From an uncultured Oscillospiraceae bacterium (GTDB taxonomy: Bacteria > Bacillota > Clostridia > Oscillospirales > Ruminococcaceae), in contig CAZBAI010000002.1 of assembly GCA_964490175.1 (NCBI GenBank), positions 21,381 to 85,380 on the forward strand: a stretch of 64,000 nt of DNA, written 5' to 3'. The notes beneath the pieces were generated by a model that saw only the letters and a list, made by a program, of their open reading frames with translations, was not told where the DNA came from and did no database searches. Numbering within the stretch: position 1 is the stretch's first letter; every line of letters begins with the position of its first letter. Shown here in pieces: positions 8,563-17,567 of this stretch. The position numbers and the translations under genes are program-made.

Positions 8563-10407
8563 TTAATTGTCATGGGTAAATGTGGGAACAACTTTAAGCA
8601 GCAGTTCGATAATCTGTTCATCGTCATTGTTCATGGCGGCGGCTTTCAGTTCGGAAAGACTGCGCATAAAGCTGTCGGAATCAATCTCAATCTGATTGCC
8701 GATGAAAATCTTTTTGTTGCGAGTGTTTTTCAAGCCTTCCTCGTTCATCAAAAGCTCTTCAAAAAGCTTTTCGCCCGGTCTTAATCCGGAAAAAACAATC
8801 GGAACGTCTTTGTAAGGCACTTTGCCGTACATCTTTATCAAATTTTCGGCAAGAGTTGTAATTTTGACGGGTCTGCCCATATCAAGCACAAAAATTTCGC
8901 CGCCTTTTGCCATCATACTTGCGGTAAGCACCAGCGAAACCGCTTCGGGTATAGTCATAAAATAGCGGATAATATCGGGGTGAGTGACCGTAACCGGCAA
9001 GCCGTTTTCGATTTGCTTGCAAAAAATCGGAATTACAGAGCCGTTTGAACCCAAAACGTTTCCGAATCTTGTCGTGATAAATTCTGTTTCCGATTTTTCC
9101 TGCGACATATATTGCATAATCATTTCGCAGCAGCGTTTTGAAGCGCCCATAACGTTCGTCGGATTTACCGCTTTGTCGGTGGAAATCATGATAAACTTTT
9201 TTACTCTGTAATAATCGGCAAGGGTTGCGAGATTCAATGTGCCGACAATATTGTTTTTGACCGCTTCGGAGGGCGAAACTTCCATCATCGGAACGTGCTT
9301 GTGAGCTGCGGCGTGAAAGACTATTTCGGGTCTGTATTTTCTGAAAATTTGATTCAACCTGCCGTAATCACGCACTGAGGCAATAAGCGTTAAAATGTTG
9401 GGAACGGGATCGCAATTCATCAACAGCTCTTGCTGAAGCTCATATGCGCCGTTTTCGCATATATCGAGAATGATGAGAAGTTTTGGGCTGTGCTTTGCAA
9501 TTTGCCTGCAAAGCTCCGAGCCGATTGAGCCGCCGCCGCCCGTTACAAGGCAGACTTTATCTTTAATTAGCGATGTAAAATCCGAATCGTCAAGCGTTAC
9601 GGCATCTCTGCCGAGAAGATCCTCAACATTCAGCTCAATTGTTTGGTTTAAAAGGTTTTCGTTTGAAATTGTGTCGCTAATCGAGGGGATTTGCTTAATG
9701 CGGCAATTTGTTTGAATGCACTGCGTCATAATGCGGTGTCTTGTTTGAGCGTCAAGCGAGGGCATTGCGAGAAAAATGCGCTGCACACGGTATTTAATAC
9801 ACATTTCGACAATATCGTCGGTAGTGCCTACAACGCATACGCCCTCAATACTGCGGGAAATATTCGCTTTATTGTCATCGATTATGCAAACCGGAATGTA
9901 GGCACGGCTGTATTTCATCTCAACAACAAGGTCCTTGCAGGCTTGCCCTGCGCCGATAATCATTGTTCTTTCGCCTTGAGTGTATCCCTTTGAGCGCATA
10001 AAAGCGTATATCTGCATATATATCACCCTTGAAGCGATAATCGAAATGCACGTGAGAAAGCAGAAAAACAGGCTGTAAACCTTGGAAAGCTCAGCGTTGA
10101 AAACCAAGGTGTAGTTTTCAAAAAGCACCAGCAGGAAATATACAAAAGAGGCAATGCATATGCTTGCAAAATAGTTTAAAAGGTCGCTTGGACTTGAATA
10201 GCGCACAATTTGCTTATAAACGCCCAAAATCGCCATTGCCGAAATGAAAAAGAAAGAAAATGCGATTGTTGAATAATAAAAATCATATATCGAAACATTG
10301 ACTATCGGCGAGCAGTATTTTAAAAGCGCACAGGTAATAAGTCCGCACACGACTATTTGAAAGAAATCGATAATGCATAGGACAATTCTTTTCGTATTGG
10401 CATTCAT
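8563..10407 (-). CDS. Membrane-anchored polysaccharide biosynthesis protein, CapD/PglF/WbpM-type nucleotide-sugar 4,6-dehydratase
   Basis: The 614-aa protein has four N-terminal TM helices. It has two Rossmann regions (IIGAGQA; VTGGGGSIGSEL) and the Polysacc_synt_2 core (FHAAAHKHVP, STDKAVNPTNVMGASKR). Confidence 0.9.
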   Translation of the reverse strand: MNANTKRIVLCIIDFFQIVVCGLITCALLKYCSPIVNVSIYDFYYSTIAFSFFFISAMAILGVYKQIVRYSSPSDLLNYFASICIASFVYFLLVLFENYTLVFNAELSKVYSLFFCFLTCISIIASRVIYMQIYAFMRSKGYTQGERTMIIGAGQACKDLVVEMKYSRAYIPVCIIDDNKANISRSIEGVCVVGTTDDIVEMCIKYRVQRIFLAMPSLDAQTRHRIMTQCIQTNCRIKQIPSISDTISNENLLNQTIELNVEDLLGRDAVTLDDSDFTSLIKDKVCLVTGGGGSIGSELCRQIAKHSPKLLIILDICENGAYELQQELLMNCDPVPNILTLIASVRDYGRLNQIFRKYRPEIVFHAAAHKHVPMMEVSPSEAVKNNIVGTLNLATLADYYRVKKFIMISTDKAVNPTNVMGASKRCCEMIMQYMSQEKSETEFITTRFGNVLGSNGSVIPIFCKQIENGLPVTVTHPDIIRYFMTIPEAVSLVLTASMMAKGGEIFVLDMGRPVKITTLAENLIKMYGKVPYKDVPIVFSGLRPGEKLFEELLMNEEGLKNTRNKKIFIGNQIEIDSDSFMRSLSELKAAAMNNDDEQIIELLLKVVPTFTHDN

Positions 10408-10561
10408 AATTTATTTCCTCGAAATTTTTTTAAATTTGCGGCAGATATTTCACTCACACCTATGTTTATTATATTATATCCGTCGATTATTGTCAATAAC
10501 ACGTTTTTGAATAATTTGGATTTTCAACTCACACCGTTATGAACAAAGTGCTTTATCTGCC

Positions 10562-10591
10562 TTGACATCGATAGCCGATTTGTGTTAGAAT
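10562..10591 (+). promoter_or_regulatory. Sigma70-like promoter of the MFS transporter leader
   Basis: TTGACA (10562-10567), an 18-nt spacer, then TAGAAT (10586-10591) preceded by TGT. Confidence 0.5.
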
Positions 10592-10692
10592 AGACGCAGT
10601 GAAAACTTTTTGCGCTTACAGCGCATTTAATACGGAAATATTGCAAATAAATCAAGAGGAGAGTATATTGTTGAAGCTCTGCATTGGCACAG

Positions 10693-10757
10693 CTCCATGC
10701 AAGGAATGACGGATTGCATGGAGAAATGTTAGCGCCGTCATACCTTGCGTTTTTGTT
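10693..10757 (+). promoter_or_regulatory. Putative transcription attenuator (antiterminator/terminator alternative hairpins) in the MFS leader
   Basis: Hairpin A is a perfect 10-bp pairing of CTCCATGCAA (10693-10702) with TTGCATGGAG (10714-10723). Hairpin T pairs GCAAGGAATGACGG (10699-10712) with CCGTCATACCTTGC (10735-10748), 13 of 14 positions, and is followed by GTTTTTGTT. The left arms overlap, so the two structures are mutually exclusive. Confidence 0.45.
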
Positions 10758-10787
10758 AAGAATTTTACAAAAAAGGAGCAAGGTATT

Positions 10788-12056
10788 ATGAAAACCTTAA
10801 AAGAACTTAAATATTTTATTATTCTCTATATTACGCAGTCGTTTTCTTCGCTTTCAAGCGCTATGACAAACTTTGCACTTGTAATTTGGCTGTATCAAAC
10901 CAGCGGTTCGGCACTGACAACATCGTTGTTGACAGTATGCTCTTATGCGCCGTATGTAACAATGAGCATTTTTGCCGGCGCAATAAGCGATAAGTGGAAC
11001 AAGAAAACGATAATGCTTGTTTGTGACAGCTTTGCCGCCTTGTGCACGGTTGCCACGCTGGTTTTGCTCAAAACCGGCACTCTTGCCACATGGCATTTGT
11101 ATATTCTCAATGCGCTCAACGGGTTGATGAACACCTTTCAATCGCCTGCCGCCGATGTGGCTTCCACATTGCTTACGCCTAAAAAGCATTATCAAAAAAC
11201 AAGCGGAATGCGTTCGCTTTCAAATTCGCTTGTGTCGATTTTAACGCCTGTATTTGCAACCGCTGTTGTTTCGTTTGCAGGCATAACGGCGGTCATCGCA
11301 TTTGACCTTTTAACGTTTGGCATTGCGTTTACAGTATTGCTTTTCTTTATAAAGCTGCCGCAGGTGCCTTATGAATCGCACAAAGACGAAACGCTTGTGC
11401 AATCGGCAAAAAGCGGACTTTGCTTTTTGAAATCAAACAAAGGCATTCTTTGGATGATTTTGTTTTTGTCGGCAATCAATTTAATCGCATCGATATATGA
11501 ATCGGCTTTGCCTGCATTGGTTTTGTCAAAATCAAACGAATATGCTTTGGGTCTTGTCAATAGCTTTGTCGGTATTGCGACCTTGCTCGGCAGTGTGCTT
11601 GCCACTTTTTTGCCGGAGCCGAAAAGCAGGATAAAAGCTATATGCAACTGTTTGCTTGTTTCGATGAGCACCGAAAACTTTTTACTCGGTTTTGGCAATT
11701 CTATTCCCGTTTGGTGTTTGGGTGCAGTGCTCGGCTGGATTTTAATTCCGCTGATGAACGCCAATTATGACGTGATTTTTAAAAAGAACGTGCCTGCGCA
11801 AATGCTCGGCAGAGTGTATTCGGTTCGGAATGCGTTGCAGTTTTTTACAATACCCATAGGCTATTTTCTCGGAGGATTTTTGATTGACAAAGTTTTTGAG
11901 CCGTTTATGAAAAATACGAAAAATCGCTTGCTCTGCACACTTTTTGGTTCGCAAAAGGGCGCAGGTGCGGCACTGCTGCTTTTTGTAATCGGCGTAGTCG
12001 GCGTTTTGATTTGTCTTGTTTTCAGAAATATTAAGGCGTTTGATGAGCTTGAATAA
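10788..12056 (+). CDS. MFS transporter (12-TM, EntS/MFS_3-like efflux type)
   Basis: The 422-aa protein has about 12 hydrophobic segments. A D-K-W-N-K-K loop after TM2 matches the MFS signature position. AAGGAG RBS upstream. Confidence 0.85.
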   Translation: MKTLKELKYFIILYITQSFSSLSSAMTNFALVIWLYQTSGSALTTSLLTVCSYAPYVTMSIFAGAISDKWNKKTIMLVCDSFAALCTVATLVLLKTGTLATWHLYILNALNGLMNTFQSPAADVASTLLTPKKHYQKTSGMRSLSNSLVSILTPVFATAVVSFAGITAVIAFDLLTFGIAFTVLLFFIKLPQVPYESHKDETLVQSAKSGLCFLKSNKGILWMILFLSAINLIASIYESALPALVLSKSNEYALGLVNSFVGIATLLGSVLATFLPEPKSRIKAICNCLLVSMSTENFLLGFGNSIPVWCLGAVLGWILIPLMNANYDVIFKKNVPAQMLGRVYSVRNALQFFTIPIGYFLGGFLIDKVFEPFMKNTKNRLLCTLFGSQKGAGAALLLFVIGVVGVLICLVFRNIKAFDELE

Positions 12057-12060
12057 AGAA

Positions 12061-12099
12061 TCGCCTTCGGTGTTTAAAATACCGAGGGCGAATTTTTTT
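12061..12099 (+). terminator. Intrinsic terminator after the MFS gene
   Basis: TCGCCTTCGGT pairs with ACCGAGGGCGA, followed by ATTTTTTT. Confidence 0.7.
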
Positions 12100-12182
12100 G
12101 CTTATATAGTGTATGTCGGATTATCGCTCATATAACAGAGATGTCTTGTGACTGCAAAATAGATGAAAAATAACCGGTCGAG

Positions 12183-12223
12183 ATCTAAGAAAAGATCGTT
12201 TCTCAAAAAGTGAGAAACGATCT
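12183..12223 (-). terminator. Intrinsic terminator after tRNA-Val
   Basis: A 13-bp stem pairs AGATCGTTTCTCA with TGAGAAACGATCT. On the minus strand it is followed by TTTCTT. Confidence 0.6.
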
Positions 12224-12242
12224 GTCCTGTGCGGTCACACAC

Positions 12243-12319
12243 TGGTGAGGATGAATGGACTTGAACCATCGACCCCCTGCATGTCAAGCAGGTACTCTAA
12301 CCAACTGAGCTACACCCTC
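12243..12319 (-). tRNA. tRNA-Val (anticodon GAC)
   Basis: The 77-nt minus-strand sequence GAGGGTGTAGCTCAGTTGGTTAGAGTACCTGCTTGACATGCAGGGGGTCGATGGTTCAAGTCCATTCATCCTCACCA folds as a cloverleaf. The anticodon loop is TTGACAT, the T-loop is GTTCAAGTC, and CCA is encoded. Confidence 0.95.
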
Positions 12320-12331
12320 AAAACTTTGATA

Positions 12332-12360
12332 ATTGTAGCACAGATTGTCGAGAATGTCAA
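12332..12360 (-). promoter_or_regulatory. Sigma70-like promoter of tRNA-Val
   Basis: On the minus strand: TTGACA (12355-12360), a 17-nt spacer, then TACAAT (12332-12337), 12 nt upstream of the tRNA 5' end. Confidence 0.6.
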
Positions 12361-12411
12361 GGGTCATTGCAATATTTAATTAAAATTTAAAAAATATCGC
12401 AAATTGCAGTG

Positions 12412-13740
12412 TTAATAGTGGTATTTTTTTCTTTGGGTGATATAGAAAGCAACGGTGACAAACATTGCAAGAATTTCCGCTGTGGCAAATGAACACCAAA
12501 TGCCTTTTAATCCGAAAAATATGGGAAGAAGCAGTACGGTTGAGGTTTGAAAAAGCAATGTTCGCAGGAATGAAATTGCGGCGGATATGCCGCCGTTTCC
12601 GAGCGAAGTGAAAAATGCCGAACCGAATATGTTAAATCCGCTGAATAATACAGAGAGTGAATAAAACCGAAATGCAGTAACGGTCATGTTCAATACGTAA
12701 GCGTCATTTTTGGCAAAAAGCTCTGCCAGCGGTTTGGAAAAAATGAAGGCGAGAAACGCCAGTACTATGCCGCCGAGCGTTATTAAAGTATTGCTTTTGC
12801 GAAAAAGACTTTTAAGTTCGGCGTCATGTTGCGCACCGTGGTGAAATCCGATTACCGGTGCTACTCCTATGGAATAACCGAGAAATACGGCGGCAAAAAT
12901 GAATCCTACATACATAACGGCACCGTATGCGGCAACGCCGCTTTTACCGGCAATTTTCATTAGCTGAAAATTATAAAGAATCGAAACTACCGACATCGAA
13001 ATGTTGGTTACCAATTCCGAAGAGCCGTTTGCGCAACAGCTTATAAGCGCTTTAAAATCTAAGCGGAATTTGCCTAGCCTGAGCACGCTGTCATTTTTTC
13101 TTGCAAAGAAAACAAACGGCACAATGCCGCCGACGCACTGCGCAACAGAAGTTGCGACTGCCGCACCGACAAGCCCTAAATCAAAGACAATTATGAACAA
13201 AGCGTCTAAAATGATGTTTGTAAGTCCTGCCCCGACTGTTACTATCAAGCCCAAGGTCGGCTTTTCGGCGGTGACCAAAAATGCCTGAAAAAGGTTTTGC
13301 AGCATAAATGCAGGCAAAGCAGCCAAAAGAATGCGCCCGTATGTTGCGCAGTACGGCAGTAAATCCGAGTCGGCACCCATTGCCGATGCTACCGGCTTTA
13401 TGAATATGCAGCCGCAAACGGCGAGCACAACGCCGCTGATTATTGTGATGTATACGAGCATTGAAAAAATCCTGTTGGCTTTTTCGATGTCGTTTTCTCC
13501 AAGCGTTGCGGAAACCAACGCAGTGCCGCCTGTGCCGAACATGAATCCGACGCAGCCGAGAATCTGCGTAAACGGCATTATCAGATTGATTGCCGCAAAG
13601 GGCGTTATGCCGACGTAATTTGAAACGAAAAATCCATCGACAACGCTGTAAATAGATGTGAAAATCATCATAATTACGGTGGGCAGTGTAAAGCGCAGCA
13701 ATTTTCTGTAATTAAAGCTGTCGGAAAGTTGAATATGCAT
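12412..13740 (-). CDS. MATE family efflux transporter
   Basis: The 442-aa protein has 12 TM segments and a typical MATE N-terminus (LLRFTLPTVIMMIFTSIYSVVDGFFVS). Confidence 0.9.
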   Translation of the reverse strand: MHIQLSDSFNYRKLLRFTLPTVIMMIFTSIYSVVDGFFVSNYVGITPFAAINLIMPFTQILGCVGFMFGTGGTALVSATLGENDIEKANRIFSMLVYITIISGVVLAVCGCIFIKPVASAMGADSDLLPYCATYGRILLAALPAFMLQNLFQAFLVTAEKPTLGLIVTVGAGLTNIILDALFIIVFDLGLVGAAVATSVAQCVGGIVPFVFFARKNDSVLRLGKFRLDFKALISCCANGSSELVTNISMSVVSILYNFQLMKIAGKSGVAAYGAVMYVGFIFAAVFLGYSIGVAPVIGFHHGAQHDAELKSLFRKSNTLITLGGIVLAFLAFIFSKPLAELFAKNDAYVLNMTVTAFRFYSLSVLFSGFNIFGSAFFTSLGNGGISAAISFLRTLLFQTSTVLLLPIFFGLKGIWCSFATAEILAMFVTVAFYITQRKKYHY

Positions 13741-13741
13741 T

Positions 13742-14182
13742 TTATAAAATCTCCTTTATTTCTTCTTTAAGGCGGCTTAGATATCGCTCGGTTAATTTGA
13801 CATAAAGCTCCCATTCTTCTTTCGACCAGGAAGAATATATCTTTTTTTCGATGTCAATAACTTTTCCGAATGTGTTTTTTGTGATATCAAAACCTTTTTC
13901 GGTCAGGCAAACCTGCTTTGATTTGCCGCCGCAAGGTTCAAGATAAACTATGTTTTCTTCTTCCAAACGGCGCAAAGCGGAATTGACGGTTTGTTTGTTT
14001 ATGCAAATGAGCTTGATTAAATCGGTCAAACGGCATTTGCCGTCGTTATCTGTCAGTGCGTACAAAATTGCAGAAGCACTGTCTGAAAAGCCGTAGTGCA
14101 AGGCGATTTCGTGATAAACCGTATCAATTTCGGAAAGCAGCCGGTTGTAACGTCTGGTTTCGGATTGATTTATATTTTGCAT
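13742..14182 (-). CDS. MarR family transcriptional regulator
   Basis: The 146-aa winged-HTH protein (LTDLIKLICINKQTVNSALRRLEEENIV) ends 1 nt upstream of the MATE gene start, a classic regulator-pump pair. Confidence 0.85.
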   Translation of the reverse strand: MQNINQSETRRYNRLLSEIDTVYHEIALHYGFSDSASAILYALTDNDGKCRLTDLIKLICINKQTVNSALRRLEEENIVYLEPCGGKSKQVCLTEKGFDITKNTFGKVIDIEKKIYSSWSKEEWELYVKLTERYLSRLKEEIKEIL

Positions 14183-14427
14183 ATATAATCCTCTTTATTT
14201 GAAAAATCACACATATCGGATTATAGTACGAAATCATACATATGTCAAGCGCCGATATAAATTTTACAAAAATGTAATAGCTTAATGCAATCCTCTTTGC
14301 GTTTAGGCAGTGATTTTTAAGCGAAAAATGCAGATTCGGTTTACGTTTTTTGTTTTGCCGTGCTTTACATTTTGCGTAAAATATGGTACAATATTTACAG
14401 TATCAAATTATCGGAGGTTTATATATC

Positions 14428-16587
14428 TTGAATATCAATGAAATGCTTGCCCGTGAGTTTAATTTAAAAATCGGGCAGATTGACAATACGGTTGCACTGA
14501 TTGATGACGGAAAAACCATTCCGTTTATCGCACGTTATCGAAAAGAGATGACAGGTTCGCTTGATGACCAAATTTTAAGAAATATATTTGACAGATTGAA
14601 TTATTTGCGCAATCTTGCAAAGCGCAAGGAGGAAATTGCAAATTCAATTGAAGAGCAGGGGAAGATGACCGAGGAAATTCGGCTCAATATCGATAAGGCG
14701 CTGACGCTTGTTGAAGTTGAGGATATATACAGACCGTTTAAGCAAAAGCGCAAGACGAGGGGCTCTTTAGCAAGGGCTAAAGGGCTTGAAAAGCTTGCCG
14801 AAATACTTCTTTTGCAAGATTTTGATACCGACCCCGAAAAAGAAGCGATTAGTTTTATTGTGGAAAGTCAAGAGCCGGATAAGTCCGTTGCAACCGTGCA
14901 AGAAGCGCTTTGCGGCGCAATGGATATCATCGCAGAGGACGCTTCCGACGATGCCGAGCTTAGAAAATATATCAGAGAAATGTTTTATGATATCGGAAAA
15001 ATTTCATCAAAAGCTACCGATGAAGAAGCCGAAACAGTTTACAAAACCTATTATGATTACAGCGAGAGTGTGAAAAAAATCGCAGGTCACAGGGTGCTTG
15101 CGCTTGATAGGGGAGAAAAAGAGGGCGCTTTAAAGGTTTCAATCGACATTAACGAGGACAGCGGCGAAAGAGCCTGCCGCCGAAAATATGTAAAGAACGA
15201 CTCAAAGTGTGCCGAGCTTGTAAAGCTTGCCTGTGAGGACGGCTATAAAAGGCTGATTTATCCTTCTATCGAAAGGGAAATCAGAAGCGAGCTTACGGCA
15301 AATGCCTGCGAGGGCGCTATTAAAGTTTTCGGTGAAAATCTAAAGCAGCTTTTGATGCAGCCGCCTATTAAAAACAGCGTTACTCTCGGTCTTGACCCGG
15401 CTTACAGAACAGGCTGTAAAATCGCCGTTGTCGATCCGACGGGAAAGGTGCTTGATACCACCGTGGTTTACCCCACGCCGCCGCAAAGCAAAACTGCCGA
15501 GGCGCAAAAAAAGCTTGTTGCCCTTATCAAAAAGCACGGCGTTACGACAATTTCAATCGGAAACGGCACGGCAAGCCGTGAATCGGAGAGCTTTGTAGCT
15601 CAAATGCTTAAAGAAATACCCGAAAAGGTGAGCTATGCGGTTGTTTCCGAAGCGGGCGCTTCGGTTTATTCGGCTTCAAAGCTTGCCGCAGAAGAGTTTC
15701 CCGAGTTTGATGTATCATTGCGCAGTGCGGTTTCAATTGCAAGGCGCTTGCAAGACCCGCTTGCCGAGCTGGTTAAAATCGACCCTAAGGCTATCGGAGT
15801 GGGACAATATCAGCATGATATGCCGAAAAAGCGTATGGACGAAGCGCTTTGCGGCGTTGTTGAAGATTGTGTAAATAATGTCGGCGTTGACCTCAACACG
15901 GCAAGCCACAGCTTGCTTTCATATATTTCGGGAATAAACTCTGCCGTTGCGAAAAATATTGTAAAATACCGTGAAGAAAACGGCGCATTCAGCGACAGAA
16001 AACAGCTTTTAAAAGTTCCCAAGCTGGGTGCAAAGGCATATGAGCAATGCGCAGGATTTTTGCGTGTTCGCAACGGCAAAAATCCGCTTGATAACACTTC
16101 GGTTCACCCGGAGAGCTATAAAGCGGCAAAAATGCTTCTTGAAAAATGCGGATATTCACTTGACGATTTAAGCACACAAAGCCTTTCGGACTTGCAAAAA
16201 ACGGCAGAATCGCTCGGAATCGACACGCTTGCAGACCAAATCGACGTCGGAGTGCCGACCTTGCGTGATATTATCAAAGAGCTTACAAAACCGGGGCGTG
16301 ACCCACGTGACGAGCTGCCCAAGCCGATTTTGCGCAGTGGCGATATTATGGAGCTTAAAGATTTGAGCGTCGGTATGGAACTTGTGGGAACGGTGAGAAA
16401 CGTTATCGATTTCGGCGCATTTGTCGATATCGGCGTGCATGAAGACGGCCTTGTGCATATTTCGCAAATGTCAAACCGCTTTATCAAACACCCCATGGAA
16501 GTTGTTAAGGTCGGTGACGTTGTTAAGGTAAAAGTTCTTGATGTTGATGTAAAGCGCAAGCGCATTGCCTTGACAATGAAGATTTAA
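14428..16587 (+). CDS. tex: Tex-like transcription accessory protein (YqgF/HHH/S1 domains)
   Basis: The sequence runs NINEMLAREFNLKIGQIDNTVALIDDGKTIPFIARYRKE... and ends in an S1 domain (GTVRNVIDFGAFVDIG...HISQMS). I prefer the TTG at 14428, 9 nt after GGAGG, over the track start at 14383. Confidence 0.9.
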   Translation: MNINEMLAREFNLKIGQIDNTVALIDDGKTIPFIARYRKEMTGSLDDQILRNIFDRLNYLRNLAKRKEEIANSIEEQGKMTEEIRLNIDKALTLVEVEDIYRPFKQKRKTRGSLARAKGLEKLAEILLLQDFDTDPEKEAISFIVESQEPDKSVATVQEALCGAMDIIAEDASDDAELRKYIREMFYDIGKISSKATDEEAETVYKTYYDYSESVKKIAGHRVLALDRGEKEGALKVSIDINEDSGERACRRKYVKNDSKCAELVKLACEDGYKRLIYPSIEREIRSELTANACEGAIKVFGENLKQLLMQPPIKNSVTLGLDPAYRTGCKIAVVDPTGKVLDTTVVYPTPPQSKTAEAQKKLVALIKKHGVTTISIGNGTASRESESFVAQMLKEIPEKVSYAVVSEAGASVYSASKLAAEEFPEFDVSLRSAVSIARRLQDPLAELVKIDPKAIGVGQYQHDMPKKRMDEALCGVVEDCVNNVGVDLNTASHSLLSYISGINSAVAKNIVKYREENGAFSDRKQLLKVPKLGAKAYEQCAGFLRVRNGKNPLDNTSVHPESYKAAKMLLEKCGYSLDDLSTQSLSDLQKTAESLGIDTLADQIDVGVPTLRDIIKELTKPGRDPRDELPKPILRSGDIMELKDLSVGMELVGTVRNVIDFGAFVDIGVHEDGLVHISQMSNRFIKHPMEVVKVGDVVKVKVLDVDVKRKRIALTMKI

Positions 16588-16613
16588 ATTTGCTTTGATG
16601 AAAGGTTTTGAAA

Positions 16614-17153
16614 ATGAATTTGCATTTGGTAGATTTAAAACGTGATTGCATGGATTTTGAACTGTTTGAAGCAATCAACGCCGAAGCGTTTCCGCCGTCG
16701 GAATATATGCCTATGGAGGATATTTTTACCTTTGCGGAAAATACCGATTCTCATGTGCTCGGAATTTATGATGACCGATGCCCGATAGGCTTTATGCTGT
16801 TTGTCAAAAACGCAAATTGCGGGTATGTTTTCTTTTTTGCAATCGGCAAAAAATTTCGCTCAAAAGGCTACGGCTCGTCGGCGCTGAAAGCCCTTGCGGA
16901 AAAATATCGCAAATTGCAAATCATACTCGATTTTGAACAAATCGATGAAAATGCCGAAAACAATTCTTGGCGCATTCGCCGCAAGCAATTCTATCTTCGC
17001 AACGGCTTTTGCGAAACAAATCGTTATACGCTTTTGCGAGGCGAGCGCTTTGAGGTGGTTTGCACAAAGGGCGATTTGCGTTGCGATGATTTTAAAGAAA
17101 TCATCGCCGTGATTCATTCGCAATGCCCTGATTTTCCGAATGTGCTTATTTGA
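16614..17153 (+). CDS. GNAT family N-acetyltransferase
   Basis: Acetyl-CoA motif A is present: FFFAIGKKFRSKGYGSSALKAL. The start is ambiguous between ATG 16614 and TTG 16608. Confidence 0.8.
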   Translation: MNLHLVDLKRDCMDFELFEAINAEAFPPSEYMPMEDIFTFAENTDSHVLGIYDDRCPIGFMLFVKNANCGYVFFFAIGKKFRSKGYGSSALKALAEKYRKLQIILDFEQIDENAENNSWRIRRKQFYLRNGFCETNRYTLLRGERFEVVCTKGDLRCDDFKEIIAVIHSQCPDFPNVLI

Positions 17154-17226
17154 TTTATTCATTTAATCGATATTTCAAGCAAATTCTGCATAATTCTCAA
17201 AAAGCGAAAAGTTTGTTTTTTATGTA

Positions 17227-17255
17227 TTGACAGCGGCTTACGAACGTGATATACT
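17227..17255 (+). promoter_or_regulatory. Sigma70-like promoter of the 44-codon peptide gene
   Basis: TTGACA (17227-17232), a 17-nt spacer, then an extended -10 TGaTATACT (17247-17255). Confidence 0.55.
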
Positions 17256-17319
17256 GCACTTTGAGGATTTGTATATTTAAATATCGCAAACAGCTTGAAT
17301 AAATAAGGAGGATTTAACA

Positions 17320-17454
17320 ATGAAAGAAACTTATACAGCGCCGAAAGTTGAGATGATTGAGTTTGATACCGATATTGTTGTCGGTAATTCATCCCTACTA
17401 CCCGGAGGAATAGTCGGTGGCAAATCGGATACCGATATCGACGATTGCAACTAA
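17320..17454 (+). CDS. Orphan small ORF (44 aa) of unknown function
   Basis: Below the ORF-track cutoff. It encodes MKETYTAPKVEMIEFDTDIVVGNSSLLPGGIVGGKSDTDIDDCN. A strong RBS TAAGGAGGA ends 7 nt before the ATG. It has its own promoter (17227-17255) and terminator (17491-17527). Confidence 0.5.
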   Translation: MKETYTAPKVEMIEFDTDIVVGNSSLLPGGIVGGKSDTDIDDCN

Positions 17455-17490
17455 GGCTGATGATTTGGTGAATAGCATTTGAAAAAATAA

Positions 17491-17527
17491 AAACCGACGT
17501 CAAGTTTTTAGCTTGACGTCGGTTTTT
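17491..17527. terminator. Bidirectional intrinsic terminator (small peptide gene / feo operon)
   Basis: A 14-bp stem pairs AAACCGACGTCAAG with CTTGACGTCGGTTT. It is flanked by an A-run upstream and a T-run downstream. Confidence 0.8.
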
Positions 17528-17567
17528 GCGTTGTGCATTTATTTTAAAGAAGGTATGGAATTAAGCT

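Noticed and set aside
10524-10781. An 85-aa minus-strand ORF in the region upstream of the MFS gene.
   Set aside because: It overlaps the plus-strand promoter and attenuator structures and has no RBS or recognisable family. The leader-RNA interpretation explains the region better.
12102-12287. A 61-aa ORF overlapping tRNA-Val.
   Set aside because: The region is explained by the tRNA-Val gene and its terminator hairpin.
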